Origin: Octopus vulgaris
Taxonomy: Eukaryota
Assembly (NCBI GenBank): GCA_951406725.2
Contig: OX597822.1
Span: 96,286,001 to 96,350,000, forward strand
DNA: 64,000 nucleotides
Direction of reading: 5' to 3'
Part shown: positions 31,990-44,703 of the stretch, in pieces
Layout of the letters: the number at the start of each line of letters is the position of its first letter
How positions within the stretch are numbered: position 1 is the stretch's first letter
The notes under the pieces: generated by a model
Database searches by the model: none
Seen by the model: only the letters and a program-made list of their open reading frames with translations
What the model was told of the DNA's origin: nothing
Position numbers and translations under genes: made by a program

Positions 31990-32284
31990 TGTTCCTTCTC
32001 GAGCCATGCCTGGCACATAAAGGCCGGTTTCCCGGTTTCCTTGGCGTATAGGTTCCCCACCTGGACGGGACGCCGGTCCGTCGCAGGTGAGCTGCAAGAT
32101 GAGGAAAGAGTGAGAGAAAGTTGTGGCGAAAGAGTCAGCAGAAGTTCGCCATTACCTGCTGCCGGAGCCGCGTGGAGCTTAGGTGTTTCGCTCATAAACA
32201 CACACATCACCTGGTCTGAGATTCGAACCCGCAATCCCTCGACCGCGAGTCCACTGCTCTAACCACTAGGCCATGTGCCTCCAC
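31990..32284 (-). mobile_element. SINE family 1, alternative tail
   Basis: TSD cccttattatat; matches 1044-1340. Confidence 0.88.
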
Positions 32285-32419
32285 CCCTTATTATATAATG
32301 AGCATTATTTTTTCATAAAGTGATGTGTTTTCAGTTATTCCATGCGAGTTTTGCATATTATCATCCGAGCTATGTGAAGTGTGGTCAAAAAAGGGATATC
32401 AAAAGCTCTTTTCATTAAA

Positions 32420-33097
32420 TGAAGTTCTGTTGTGTCTGGGGAGAGTCATTCTCTTTTAGGGCCTTATTATTTAACACACTCACCGGGAAAATTTCCACTT
32501 ATTTCTTATTTTTATTCTCTAAAATTTTCGTTGCGTGTTGCAACCTTTTCACGAGGGTCAGCACTATTGAAAAGGTTGCAACACGCAACGAAAATTTTAG
32601 AGAATAAAAATAAGAAATAAGTGGAAATTTTCATGGTGAGTGTGTTAAATCCTAAAAAAAGACTCCGCCGGTTACGACGACGAGGGTCCCAGCTGATACG
32701 ATCAACGGAACAGCTTGCTCGTGAAATTAACGTGCAAATGGCTGAGCATTCCACAGACACGTGTACCCTTAACGTAGTTCTCGGGGATAATCAGCGTGAC
32801 ACAGAGAGTGACAAGGCTGACCCTTTGAAATACAAGTACAACTCATTTTTGCCAGCTGAGTGGACTGGAGCAACGTGAAATAAAGTGTCTTGCTCAAGGA
32901 CACAACGCGTCGCCGGGAATCGAACTCACAACCTTACGATCATGAGCCGAATGCCCTAACCACTAAGCCACGCGCCCTCACAGTGTGTTAAATAATAAGG
33001 CACTAAAAGAAAGTGACTCTCCCCAGACACAACATAATATGCTTCAACACACGAACTCATATAAAGAATCTTGCAAACCAAATCCGAAAAACGAAAT
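32420..33097. mobile_element. Penelope-like repeat as an inverted pair with a UUGAAAA hammerhead-like motif (32564-32600)
   Basis: 32420-32550 is the reverse complement of 32569-32650 plus 32982-33035; same family as the 44.7-47.4 kb array. Confidence 0.65.
32662..32981 (-). mobile_element. SINE with family 4 head and family 1 tail
   Basis: TSD agtgtgttaaat. Confidence 0.85.
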
Positions 33098-33262
33098 TAA
33101 ATGAAGTTGTTTTCGTTTTATTGTATTTTCCTGTGTGGTTTCAGTGCTACTCCGATTTGTCATTCTGTTTTGTTGTGGTGTATGTCTGTAGTATTAGAAT
33201 ACTGTTGGGAAGTGTAGCATTTGTTCCATGATGGAAATGGGTGTGGGTAAAGTGGATAGTTT

Positions 33263-33650
33263 GGAAGCACTCTGTCGGTTACGACGACGAGGGTTCCGGT
33301 TGATCCGGTTGATCAACGGAACAGCCTGCTCGTGAAATTAACGTGTAAGTGGCTGAGCACTCCACAGACACGTGTACCCTTAACGTAGTTCTCGGGGATA
33401 TTCAGCGTGACACAGAGAGTGACAAGGCCGGCCCCTTGAAATACAGGTACAACAGAAACAGGAAGTAAGAGTGAGAGAAAGTTGTGGTGAAAGAGTACAG
33501 CAGGGATCACCACCATCCCCTGCCGGAGCCTCGTGGAGCTTTTAGGTGTTTTCGCTCAATAAACACTCACAACGCCCGGTCTGGGAATCGAAACCGCGAT
33601 CCTATGACCGCGAGTCCGCTGCCCTAACCACTGGGCCATTGCGCCTCCAC
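33263..33650 (-). mobile_element. Full-length SINE family 1
   Basis: TSD aaagtggatag. Confidence 0.92.
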
Positions 33651-33754
33651 AAAGTGGATAGCACTTCAATGGGATTCAAGTTAAAATTTTCCTCACCAAA
33701 AACTAAATAAAGAAATAAGTGAAAATTATCTCCGTCACTTACTTTATTAATTCT

Positions 33755-34200
33755 TTCTACCGTGAGAACAAGGTCTAAAATTTTGGGAGAGAGGAATAGT
33801 CAGTTACATTGACCCCGTCTTTGACCAGTTCATATTTCATCGGTGGAGTCGCAATGGCCCAGTGGTTAGGGCAGCGGACTCGCGGTCGTAGGATCGCGGT
33901 TTCGATTCCCAGACCATATTTCATCAACCCCCCCCCCCCCCACCACCACCAATGGATGAAATGAAAAGTCCACTGCGGCAGAATTTGAACTCAGAACGTA
34001 AAGCTAAATAAATACCGCCAAACACTCCTCCTGACGAACTAACGATTCTGCCAGCTAATCGCCTTAGACAATTTTTTCTAACTTCTGGTACAAGGCCAGC
34101 GATTTTGGGCGGCGGGGCAGACGTCGATAATAACTACCCCAGCGATTAACTGGTACTTATTTTATCGATGAAGGGCACAAAGTCGATTTCGGCAGAATTT
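33755..34200 (-). mobile_element. Cluster of diverged family 3 SINEs with a family 1 head fragment (33843-33915, +)
   Basis: Consensus fragments. Confidence 0.7.
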
Positions 34201-34229
34201 GGAGTCTGCTCGTATACGTACTTGTCTCA

Positions 34230-34488
34230 ACGCCCGGTGTATTAGGGTGGAGCGGTGCCACCGGGGCCGCCGGGTAACTGAGCCGCCCACCGGTTCGACG
34301 CATCAGTGGATTCCGGGCTCCTACGTGGCCGCCCCCTTTTCGAAGCGCAAGGCAACTCGAGACGGCCTTGCCCGGCTTTCAACGCTTTAACGGATCTCGG
34401 GCGACGGTCCCTCTCACTCTCCTCCGGCGCCAGGTGGCCGGGTCGCATGCCGCAGGATGCCCCGGCCGGTCACCCCGCGGGGTGGGAT
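34230..34488. other. GC-rich, CpG-rich island of unknown origin
   Basis: Roughly 70% GC with abrupt borders in an AT-rich context. Confidence 0.6.
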
Positions 34489-34584
34489 TTTACTACACTT
34501 CCCAACACTATTCTAATACTACAGACATACACCACAACAAAACACAACAATTCTACCAGCACGCCTCCTCATCTGCTTTAATAA

Positions 34585-35732
34585 TCTTTTCTACTCTAGG
34601 CACAAGGCCGAAATTTTTGGGGAAGGGGCTAGTCGATTAGATCGACCTCAGTACGCAACTGGTACTTAATTTATCGACCCCAAAAGAATGAAAGGCAAAG
34701 TCGACCTCGGCGGAATTTGAATTCAGAACATAAAGATAGACGAAATACCTATTTCTTTACTACCCACAAGGGGCTAAACACAGAGGGGACAAACAAGGAC
34801 CGACAAACGGATTAAGTCGATTATATCGAACCCAGTGCGTAACTGGTACTTAATTTATCGACCCCAAAAGGATGAAAGGCAAAGTCGACCTAGGCGGAAT
34901 TTGAATTCAGAACGTAACGACAGACGAAATACCTATTTCTAATTCTTTACTACCCACAAGGGGCTAAACACAGAGAGGACAAACAAGGACAGACAAACGG
35001 ATTAAGTCGATTATATCGACCCCAGTGCGTTACTGGTACTTAATTTATCGAACCCGAAAGGATGAAAGGTGTAGTGACGTTATACAACAGTGCGCGCGCG
35101 CAACGTCATTTTCAGTGTGCGGGTGCGGAACGTCCTTCTTCAGTGTGCGTGTGCGGGGTTGGAGCCTTCTGGAAAGGCAGAAGGGAAGTGCTCTCTCGGA
35201 TATGCGCGAAGACTGAAGAAGGAATTGCTGGTGTGGCATTAGCTGATAGGCGAGGGACAGCGTTCCCTTAACAAGGACACAGAGAGACACGCATAGCAGC
35301 AGTAGCAGAACGCCTTCATACGAGATTGTGGCAGACCTATTTTTCTCCGCTGTCTCTGGACGCTAAGATTTGACCTGCTCTGTTTTGCTGCTGAACTTGT
35401 TGTAAGATTCTTACAAGTGTTAAAGTTCAGCCTTGCCACACCAGAACCAAGTGGATACCTATATACCACCTTACTTCTTTCTGTGAATAAGAAAATAAAG
35501 AATATATATATTTTTAAGGTTGCGTTCGTGTTCCTTGACTGGTAGATTCTGGAAATTAAAGAACGGAAATTGTGTTGCACCTGAGTTGCACCCCAAAAGT
35601 GTAAGAAGCAACGAGTTCCCGTTACAAAGGCAAAGTCGACCTCGGCGGAATTTGAACTCAGAACGTAACGGCAGACGAAATACGGCTACGCATTTCGCCC
35701 GGCGTGCTAACGTTTCACCCAGCTCGCCGCCT
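34585..35732 (-). mobile_element. SINE family 3 multimer interrupted by a solo LTR
   Basis: One 17-bp TSD, tcatctgctttaataat, encloses the whole multimer. Confidence 0.9.
35070..35626 (+). mobile_element. Solo LTR, 557 bp, probably Gypsy type
   Basis: TGTA...TACA ends, 4-bp TSD aagg, splits the SINE motif gatgaaagg|caaagtc; AATAAA near 35494. Confidence 0.8.
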
Positions 35733-35901
35733 TCATCTGCTTTAATAATGAGAAGACAAAACAGTGTGTACACCTATATAATTCTTTTCTTTTTTCTTCG
35801 CCGTGGTTTTCACCAAATTTAATCCAAATTAAAATTAAACATAGTAATTTGTCAACCTCGTTTTCAGTTCTTATAGCCTCCAGCATTCTACATGAGAACC
35901 G

Positions 35902-36286
35902 AGGAGGCGCAATGGCCCAGTGGTTAGGGCAGCGGACTCGCGGTCGTAGGATCGCGGTTTCGATTCCCAGACCGGGCGTTGTGAGTGTTTATTGAGCGAA
36001 AACACCTAAAAAGCTCCACGAGGCTCCGGCATGGGGTGGTGGTGATCCCTGCTGTACTCTTTCACCACAACTTTCTCTCACTCTTACTTCCTGTTTCTGT
36101 TGTACCTGTATTTCAAAGGGCCGGCCTTGTCACTCACTGTGTCACGCTGAATATCCCCGAGAACTACGTTAAGGGTACACGTGTCTGTGGAGTGCTCAGC
36201 CACTTACACGTTAATTTCACGAGCAGGCTGTTCCGTTGATCGGATCAACCGGAGCCCTCGTCGTCGTAACCGACGGAGTGCTTCCA
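35902..36286 (+). mobile_element. SINE family 1
   Basis: TSD atgagaacc. Confidence 0.92.
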
Positions 36287-36500
36287 CATATGAGAACCAG
36301 TGACCATTTTTATAACTTTCAGATTTTTTTACCCGCAGTGTTTACGAATGGTGACATTTATTATTAGCTACTCTTAGTCTGGTTTCTACCGCTAAATATA
36401 CATATTAATTGTCATAATTATGTATGCATGCATATTCTATTTCGTTCCCATAATAAAACCCAATATAGATTAATTCATTGTATACAATAGTAGAATTAGT

Positions 36501-37370
36501 TTAATATTATATTTGAATTGTTAGGAGTCAAAGGACTAGAGTGGGATCTTTTCCTTTTGAACGGCATATGTCAACACAATTTCTAGTTAACTAAACACTT
36601 TTAAACTTCGTATACTGGTAGAATGTGTTTATAAAACACCGATTTTTCTTTTAAACTTCCTATACTGGTAGAATGTGTTTATAAAACATCATTTTCTCTT
36701 GGTTTTATTGAGAAAATTCTATAGTTTGTAAGATATTTCGTCTGAAAATCCGAGCATTTCGGCAATTTTAATATTATATTTGAATTGTTAGGAGTCAAAG
36801 GACTAGAGTGGGATCTTTTCCTTTTGAACGGCATATGTCAACACAATTTCTAGTTAACTAAACACTTTTAAACTTCGTATACTGGTAGAATGTATTTATA
36901 AAACATCGTTTTTTCTTTTAAACTTCCTATACTGGTAGAATGTGTTTATAAAACATCATTTTCTCTTGGTTTTATTGAGAAAATTCTATAGTTTGTAAGA
37001 TATTTCGTCTGAAAATCCGAGCATTTCGGCAATTTTAATATTATATTTGAATTGTTAGGAGTCAAAGGACTAGAGTGGGATCTTTTCCTTTTGAACGGCA
37101 TATGTCAACACAATTTCTAGTTAACTAAACACTTTTAAACTTCGTATACTGATAGAATGTGTTTATAAAACATCGTTTTTTCTTGGCTTTATTGAGAAAA
37201 TTCTGTAGTTTGTAAGATATTTCCACTTTAAAATCGAGCATTTCGGCAATTTTAACCAATCAAATACGTCCATTTAGGTAAACAACATTCCGTGCTGTAT
37301 GAATATGTCCCTCGTTTAAGAAACAGATTGGGTTTATTTACATTTGCGAAGAAAAAAAGATACCCTTAAC
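36501..37370. repeat. 267-bp tandem triplication of flank plus GGATC-MITE left end
   Basis: Units start at 36501, 36768 and 37035. Confidence 0.9.
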
Positions 37371-37549
37371 CCATTATTTTGCAAGTACATAACTATATAA
37401 TCTGATGTGATAGATTTTTAGTTACAAATTCTTCTGTCTGTTATATCAGCATATATTCAATTGTAGAGCAATGTAGAGAAAGCATAAAATATTAAGATAG
37501 TAATTACAGTGATGCATACAGTATGACCTGCTGCTGGGTTATGATGGAT

Positions 37550-37937
37550 GGAAGCACTCCGTCGGTTACGACGACGAGGGTTCCGGTTGATCCGAATCAA
37601 CGGAACAGCCTGCTCGTGAAATTAACGTGTAAGTGGCTGAGCACTCCACAGACACGTGTACCCTTAACGTAGTTCTCGGGGATATTCAGCGTGACACAGA
37701 GAGTGACAAGGCCGGCCCTTTGAAATACATGTACAACAGAAACAGGAAGTAAGAGTGAGAGAGAAAGTTGTGGTGAAAGAGTACAGCAGGGATCACCACC
37801 ATCCCCTGCCGGAGCCTCGTGGAGCTTTTTTATGTGTTTTCGCTCAATAAACACTCACAACGCCCGGTCTGGGAATCGAAACCGCGATCCTATGACCGCG
37901 AGTCCGCAGCCCTAACCACTGGGCCATTGCGCATCCG
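37550..37937 (-). mobile_element. SINE family 1
   Basis: TSD ctgggttatgat. Confidence 0.92.
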
Positions 37938-38090
37938 CTGGGTTATGATAACCGAGCTAGAAAGCAATACTTGGATTAATATCAGTTAGTTCACTGAATG
38001 TATCGAAGGCGATGAAACCGAGGCTGTTCTAAAGTTGTCCGGTTCTACGTCTTCAGTAGTCTTATCCCTACCTGAAGGCTGCGGAGTATT

Positions 38091-38345
38091 ACCTATTTCT
38101 TTATTACCCACAAGGGGCTAAACACAGAGGGAACAAACAAGGACAGACATAGGTATTAAGTCGATTACATCGACTCCAGTACGTAACTGGTACTTAATTT
38201 ATCGACCCCGAAAGGATGAAAGGCAAAGTCGACCTCGGCGGAATTTGAACTCAGAACGTAACAGCAGACGAAATACGGCTACGCATTTCGCCCGGCGTGC
38301 TAACGATTCTGCCAGCTCGCCGCCCTAACGATTCTGCCAGCTCGC
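38091..38345 (-). mobile_element. SINE family 3 monomer
   Basis: TSD ctgcggagtattac. Confidence 0.9.
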
Positions 38346-38467
38346 TGCGGAGTATTACTATTTAGCTCTTGCATTGCATAATAGTGATTTTGTAACAAGA
38401 GAGAGAAGGCTTGTTTGTGAACATTATTTATTGTTACATTAATATAGAAGGTATTCATGCGATACAT

Positions 38468-38883
38468 AGAGAATACCAAACGAGTTCCCTATGGATACCG
38501 TATTTATTACAACTCGTGGCTTGTAAACGTATCTAACTCGCTTTCGCTCGTTAGATACGTTTATTAGCCACGAGTTTTAATAAATACGGTATCTATAGGG
38601 AATGAGTTTGGTATTTTATTTATTACACACGAATAAACGACCATATTTTATTAACCCAATAACTAAATTCTTCACGTTTAGTTGTAACTTATGAATGACA
38701 AAAGTAGTGCTGTCACCGTGACCTCAGGTCATCACCATGGATTGACCAATCAGAAGCAGCGCTGTCACCGTGACCTCGGGTCATCACCATGGATTGACCA
38801 ATCAGAAGCAGCGCTCGCAGTATCTGACCTATGTTAGATACCAAAAATATCTCAAAGTGTTCTCACTCACATGTGTGTAATAA
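38468..38883 (-). mobile_element. Palindrome-bearing non-autonomous DNA element, Crypton-like
   Basis: About 140-bp hairpin centred on ctcgctttcgctcg; internal tandem unit with ccaatcag; inverted twin at 47403-47822. Confidence 0.55.
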
Positions 38884-38967
38884 CGTTAAAGAAATATTCA
38901 GATGAAAAAAATGTATGACAAATGCAGAAAGTTTTCATTAGAAAATCAACATTAGAAAATCAAAAAG

Positions 38968-39372
38968 ACGTAGGGAGTGGCTGTGTGGTAAGTAGCTTGC
39001 TTACCGACTACATGGTTCCGGGTTCAGTCCCACTACGTGGCACCTTGGGCAAGTGTCTTCTACTATAGCCTCAGGTCGACCAAAGCCTTGTTAGTGGATT
39101 TGGTAGACGGAAACTGAAAGAAGCCCGTCATATATATGTATATATATGTATGTGTGTGTATGTGTTTGTCCTCCCAACATCGCTTGACAACCGATGCTGG
39201 TGTGTTTACGTTCCCGTCACTTAGCGGTTCGGCAAAAGAGACCGATAGAATAAGTACTAGGCTCTTCCAAAGAATAAGTCCCGGGGTCGATTTGCTCGAC
39301 TAAAGGTGGTGCTCCAGCATGGCCACAGTCAAATGACTGAATCAAGTAAAAGAGTAAAAGAGTAAAAAGAGT
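38968..39372 (+). mobile_element. SINE family 2
   Basis: Consensus match. Confidence 0.9.
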
Positions 39373-39952
39373 ATTCGGCCTAATTTTTACACATCAATTC
39401 GCATTCTCGTTGCCGTAGCGTGTCTTCTTCTTCGATCGTTCCAGGTTAAATATATTATCTGTGAAAACAGCTACGTGTGGAGAGTGAACGCCACCAGGAA
39501 CCGGACCACTCTGGAGTTTTGGCGCTCAAATGAGCTATATTTGTAGGCCGTGAACAACAGCCATCGACTGGACAACAACTGGGTTTTGTGCACATGGTCA
39601 TATTGTGAATTCCATATGGAAAAATCTGGGATCGAATCCAATTGTTACAATATCATAGAGGCGGACTTCTTCACAGCGAAGAAATACTCCATTATCGTAT
39701 TATTGAAGTAAAATTATTTGCAGATCCTTGTTACGGTTCACTTTCGGTATGTCTATCTCTCCCTCATGCGGAAGGAAATTAGTAAAGAATTTAACAGTTT
39801 TTTTCCTTGTTTTGATATCCCCGTTTTTCATATGGCGAAAATTTCGATTCTGAGAGGATTTTCGTCCAAAGGTTTTAGTGTCTTTTTATATATTTTTACC
39901 CTCCAGTTCCTTGCCCTTTGCCTTCCTCATGAGGTAGTGATAGCTATACTGA

Positions 39953-40366
39953 AGGCGGCGAGCAGGCCGAAACGTTAACACGCCGGGCGAAATGCGTAGC
40001 CGTATTTCGTCTGTCGTTACGTTCCGAGTTCAAATTCCGCCGAGGTCGACTTTGCCTTTCATCCTTTCGGGGTCGATAAATTAAGTACCAGTTAAGCACT
40101 GGGTTCGATATAATCGACTTCATACCTATGTCTGTCCATGTTTGTCCTCTCTGTGTTTAGCCCCTTGTGGGTAATAAAGAAATACGTATTTCGTCTGTCG
40201 TTACGTTCCGAGTTCAAATTCCGCCAAGGTCGACTTTGCCTTTCATCCTTTCGGGGTCGATAAATTAAGAACCAATTATGCACTGGGGTCGATGTAATCG
40301 ACTTAATACCTATGTCTGTCCTTGTTCGTCCCCTCTGTGTTTTGCCCCTTGTGGGTAGTAAAGAAT
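39953..40366 (+). mobile_element. SINE family 3 dimer
   Basis: TSD tatactgaa. Confidence 0.9.
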
Positions 40367-40667
40367 TATATACTGAAACACCGCCTCTGTAATTATACGA
40401 TGAAAAACTATAAACACGCATGTCGGGTTGCTTACAAATACACAGGGAAGTCTCACGTTTGGTCCGTCATAAAAAAAACAACAAAAAAAAATGTTATGAA
40501 CATTAGATTTATTTAGGAATGAGGTTCACGAACTTTGTGGTCCTGGACATGTACATGTATAGTACAGCAACGCCCCTCGACGTTCTGTGCCCTGTAGACC
40601 GGTTTCATGTATGACAATTTTTCCGCGTAACGAGACATCAGGCGCAAAACATGACACAATAAAGTAT

Positions 40668-41070
40668 CCTCTGTGTGAAAAGTCTGGTTGCATACACGTT
40701 AGCATATGTCTGGTGCATACACGTTAGCATATGTCTGGTGCATACAATTGACAACACAGTTAATTAAGATTTATTCAGTGAGTTCTATTCAACACATGTT
40801 TACATTAGATGAAGGCATTTACAAAGTTTTGGCCGATAAAGTTGAACTGAAAAACCCTACAACGAGGCATGAATTGCACGAAGCCGTCTTGCAGTCTTGG
40901 GAAGAGCTATCTGAGCAGAAAATTCGTGGATGTATTCAACATCAAACTAGTGTTTGTCGTCAAATAGTTGACTGTCGTGGTGGTAACAGATTTGTGTAAT
41001 AAATTTTGTGTTTATTTTTGTTTCATAATATATATTTTTTTCGGATGCAGCCAGACTTTTCACATAATAT
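40668..41070 (+). mobile_element. Internally deleted Tc1/mariner element retaining the transposase C-terminus
   Basis: TIR tgtgaaaagtctggttgcat / atgcagccagacttttcaca; LADKVELKNPTTRHELHEAVLQSWEELS...IVDCRGG. Confidence 0.75.
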
Positions 41071-41109
41071 ATAATTTAATTACTACATATATTAATATAA
41101 TAGATATCT

Positions 41110-41850
<741 letters not shown>

Positions 41851-41976
41851 ATATGAATATTAAATATATAAAGCAAAATTACCCTGCAGACTTCGTTAGT
41901 CAGTAGAACAGGAATAAAATTTCAAAATTTATTCTGTGCCAATTGATCCACACCTCGGTGTTTGGGGACTTCTGCA

Positions 41977-42379
41977 GGATATTTTCGCTTGAAACGGCAG
42001 TTTTTAACATAATTTCTAGGTGACTAAACACCTTTAAACTTCGTATACTGGTAGAATGTGTTTATAAAACATCTTTTTCTCTTGGCTTTCTTGAGAAAAT
42101 TCTATAGTTTGTAAGATATTTGTTGTTGTTTTTTTCCTTCAATTTCTGCAATTTCAACCAATCAATGACGTCCATTGAGGTAAAAAAAACATTCTATGCC
42201 GTATGAATATGTCCCTCGTTTAAGAAACAGATTGGGTTTATTTACATTTCTGAAGAAAAAAAAGATACCCTTCCCCCCATCCCTTACCCTAACCCTAAAA
42301 CAGATTGAAATGCAATAGATCGATACTAGGGTCATAATTATGGGTGACAATTTCATATGACACCGCTAGAAAAAGATTC
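41977..42379. mobile_element. GGATC-family MITE with a damaged right TIR
   Basis: Matches the 24002 copy; TSD cttctgca. Confidence 0.85.
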
Positions 42380-43521
42380 CTTCTGCATTACAGTATTTTT
42401 GCGGATGACTGAGCATATTTAAGGTTAAAGAGACCAAACATCATCCGATTCATCTCATCTGCGCACCAGAAGCTAAGCGCTACGCATTTTAATTTTCTAT
42501 CCTATGACTTATTGAAAACTCGGCTGTTAAACACACTTGAACAGCTTTGCTATACATGCTACAGGTTAGTTGCCAGAGTAGTTGTCTTTTTTTTTTCTCT
42601 CTCTCAAAAAAGTTTTAGTCGTATACACAGGACAAAAATTCACATAATTAGCATTTTTAACCCACTTGAGCAATATGTCGTAGTTTGTGTTAGTATGACC
42701 TTGTATACACAATGACTAACACAGTTTGAGCAATGTGGCTTAACATAGCTTTTTTTGTGTAGGACAGCTTTTATCTACGAGAAATTTTATTTATCCTGTG
42801 ACTTTAGTTTTTAAGCTGGTTTATCATTATATTCTTTAATGAGAAATTGCTATGACGCGTCTAAATTAGGTTTGAAAATGAATGTATAGAATATTTGATG
42901 CGTGGGTTGTTCCAGGCCTGGAAACATGAAACATGAACGAATGTGACGTGGAAATCATGCGTAAATGGCTCATTTCCCCGGGAAAGGAACGATTTGACTG
43001 CTATTTCTTGCACGCTCTACTACTTCGTAATAGGTATTTCGGGTCCTTTATCGCAAATAGGTGTTACGTGGTAGCAGGGTGTGCCAGAAATAGCAGCCAA
43101 ACTTTGGAGGTGAGATACGTTGAATGCACTCGAAAAAAATCTATAGAAAAAAACCATTTAACACCGAGGTTACGAACGGGTCTTTTACTAAATATTTTCT
43201 AAATATGCCAAAAAAATTTTTGTAATTGTATTCACTTGAAAATAAGTTTAAAAAAACATAAAAATATTGTCTGTTTAAAGAAAGCTAAAATATGAATACT
43301 TACTGTACAAACTACTTACATTTTTGAAATCACATTCACTTAAAAATATTTCTGAATGATTAAAATATTACGGAGATGTATTTGCATAGCAAGTGACTTG
43401 ATCTGAGATCGTATGCTGAAACAAAACAAAAAAAAAAACATTGCAGCGTGGAAGATGTTTGTAGGCCATTTAAGAACACACAAAAACTGTTAGTTTCATT
43501 TCAACATTTAAATCTAAATTG

Positions 43522-43568
43522 TGTCAAAATATTTTCGTCGCTTTGCAACAGCGACCTGTTCACTGGCA
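43522..43568 (-). ncRNA. Hammerhead-like motif with a swapped G3:C8 core
   Basis: UGCCA GUGAACA G GUCGCU..AGCGAC GAAA AUAU UU UGACA. Confidence 0.55.
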
Positions 43569-44022
43569 AAACTTCATGTTGTGTTTAACAAAAGAGAAAA
43601 TAGAAGCATTCTTTCTCTTTTGTTTTTCTCCGTCACAACATATGAATGAGAATGGAAGGAGTGAAACTTAACGTAATTTTTTTCTTAGAGAGTGAGAGAG
43701 AGAGCATGACTATGAGTGTGTATATGTCACAGATAGCGTACGGGTGTTTGTGTTGATTCACATGCCATGACATTCATTATATGTGTGTGTGTTTTGTATG
43801 TGTGCTGACGTCAGGGAAGCCATATTTATTTTTCGTCAAGAAATAACAAACAAAAATTGTGGTTAATCGTTTTCATTAATAAACAGAGGTCCAGATATCA
43901 CAAAACATCGTACTGCACTGCATAAAGTAAGTATGAAAATAAATATGTAAAAACAATTAAGATAAAATATACTGTTTCTGAGATATTTTGGTAACAAACG
44001 AACATCTTGAGTTTTAGTATTA

Positions 44023-44407
44023 TCTCTCTCTATATAAACGGCAGTTTGTCTGTGCGTGTTTCTGTGTGTCTGTCAGGTTGTACCCTCACCCTGACAACGG
44101 CTTTCAACCGATTCTGATGAAACTTGACACACACATAGCCCAATGTCATAATTCAAAACTAACGCAGCGAAAATTTTGAAAAGTTCCCCCAGTTCTGAAA
44201 AAAATCGATAAATTCGACATGGGGTCGAGAATCAGAAACACAAACCACAAACTGTCTAGGGGACGCAACTCCACCTTTTTTAACACTCAAAAAAAATTTA
44301 CCATAATTTTTTTTCCATTTTTTTGCTATTTTTTGGCTATAACTCTCTAAAAATGCTTTATAGTTATTTCCCTTACAAACCTGAGCAACGCCGGGCGATA
44401 CTGCTAG
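44023..44407 (+). mobile_element. Helitron family B
   Basis: A|TC...CTAG|T. Confidence 0.85.
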
Positions 44408-44499
44408 TTAAGATTTAAAATGTCCGCAAGGCCCTACAGGTTATAAAACAGTTGATTAATGCAAATGAATAGGGATCATCAATTATAGTTTCCCATCGC

Positions 44500-44703
44500 T
44501 GTAGAGGATCCAATATCGATTTTTTAAAAAATCTAAGTAGCCTGTGTTCGGGGCTGGGATATGAAGCAGCTGTGTATAAAGTTTTAAAGAAATCAGGTGA
44601 AAGATGTAGAAGTTATTGAGGTACATCAATTTTTTGTACAGAGAGAGAGAGGGGGACGGACAGACGGAGAGAGAAAGAAAGCTTCAATTTTATAGATATT
44701 AGA
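44500..44703 (-). mobile_element. 5' part of another Helitron-like element, repeated at 46165-46340
   Basis: Minus-strand start tctaatatctataaaattgaag followed by a (tctg/tccg) tract, like the other Helitron 5' ends. Confidence 0.55.
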
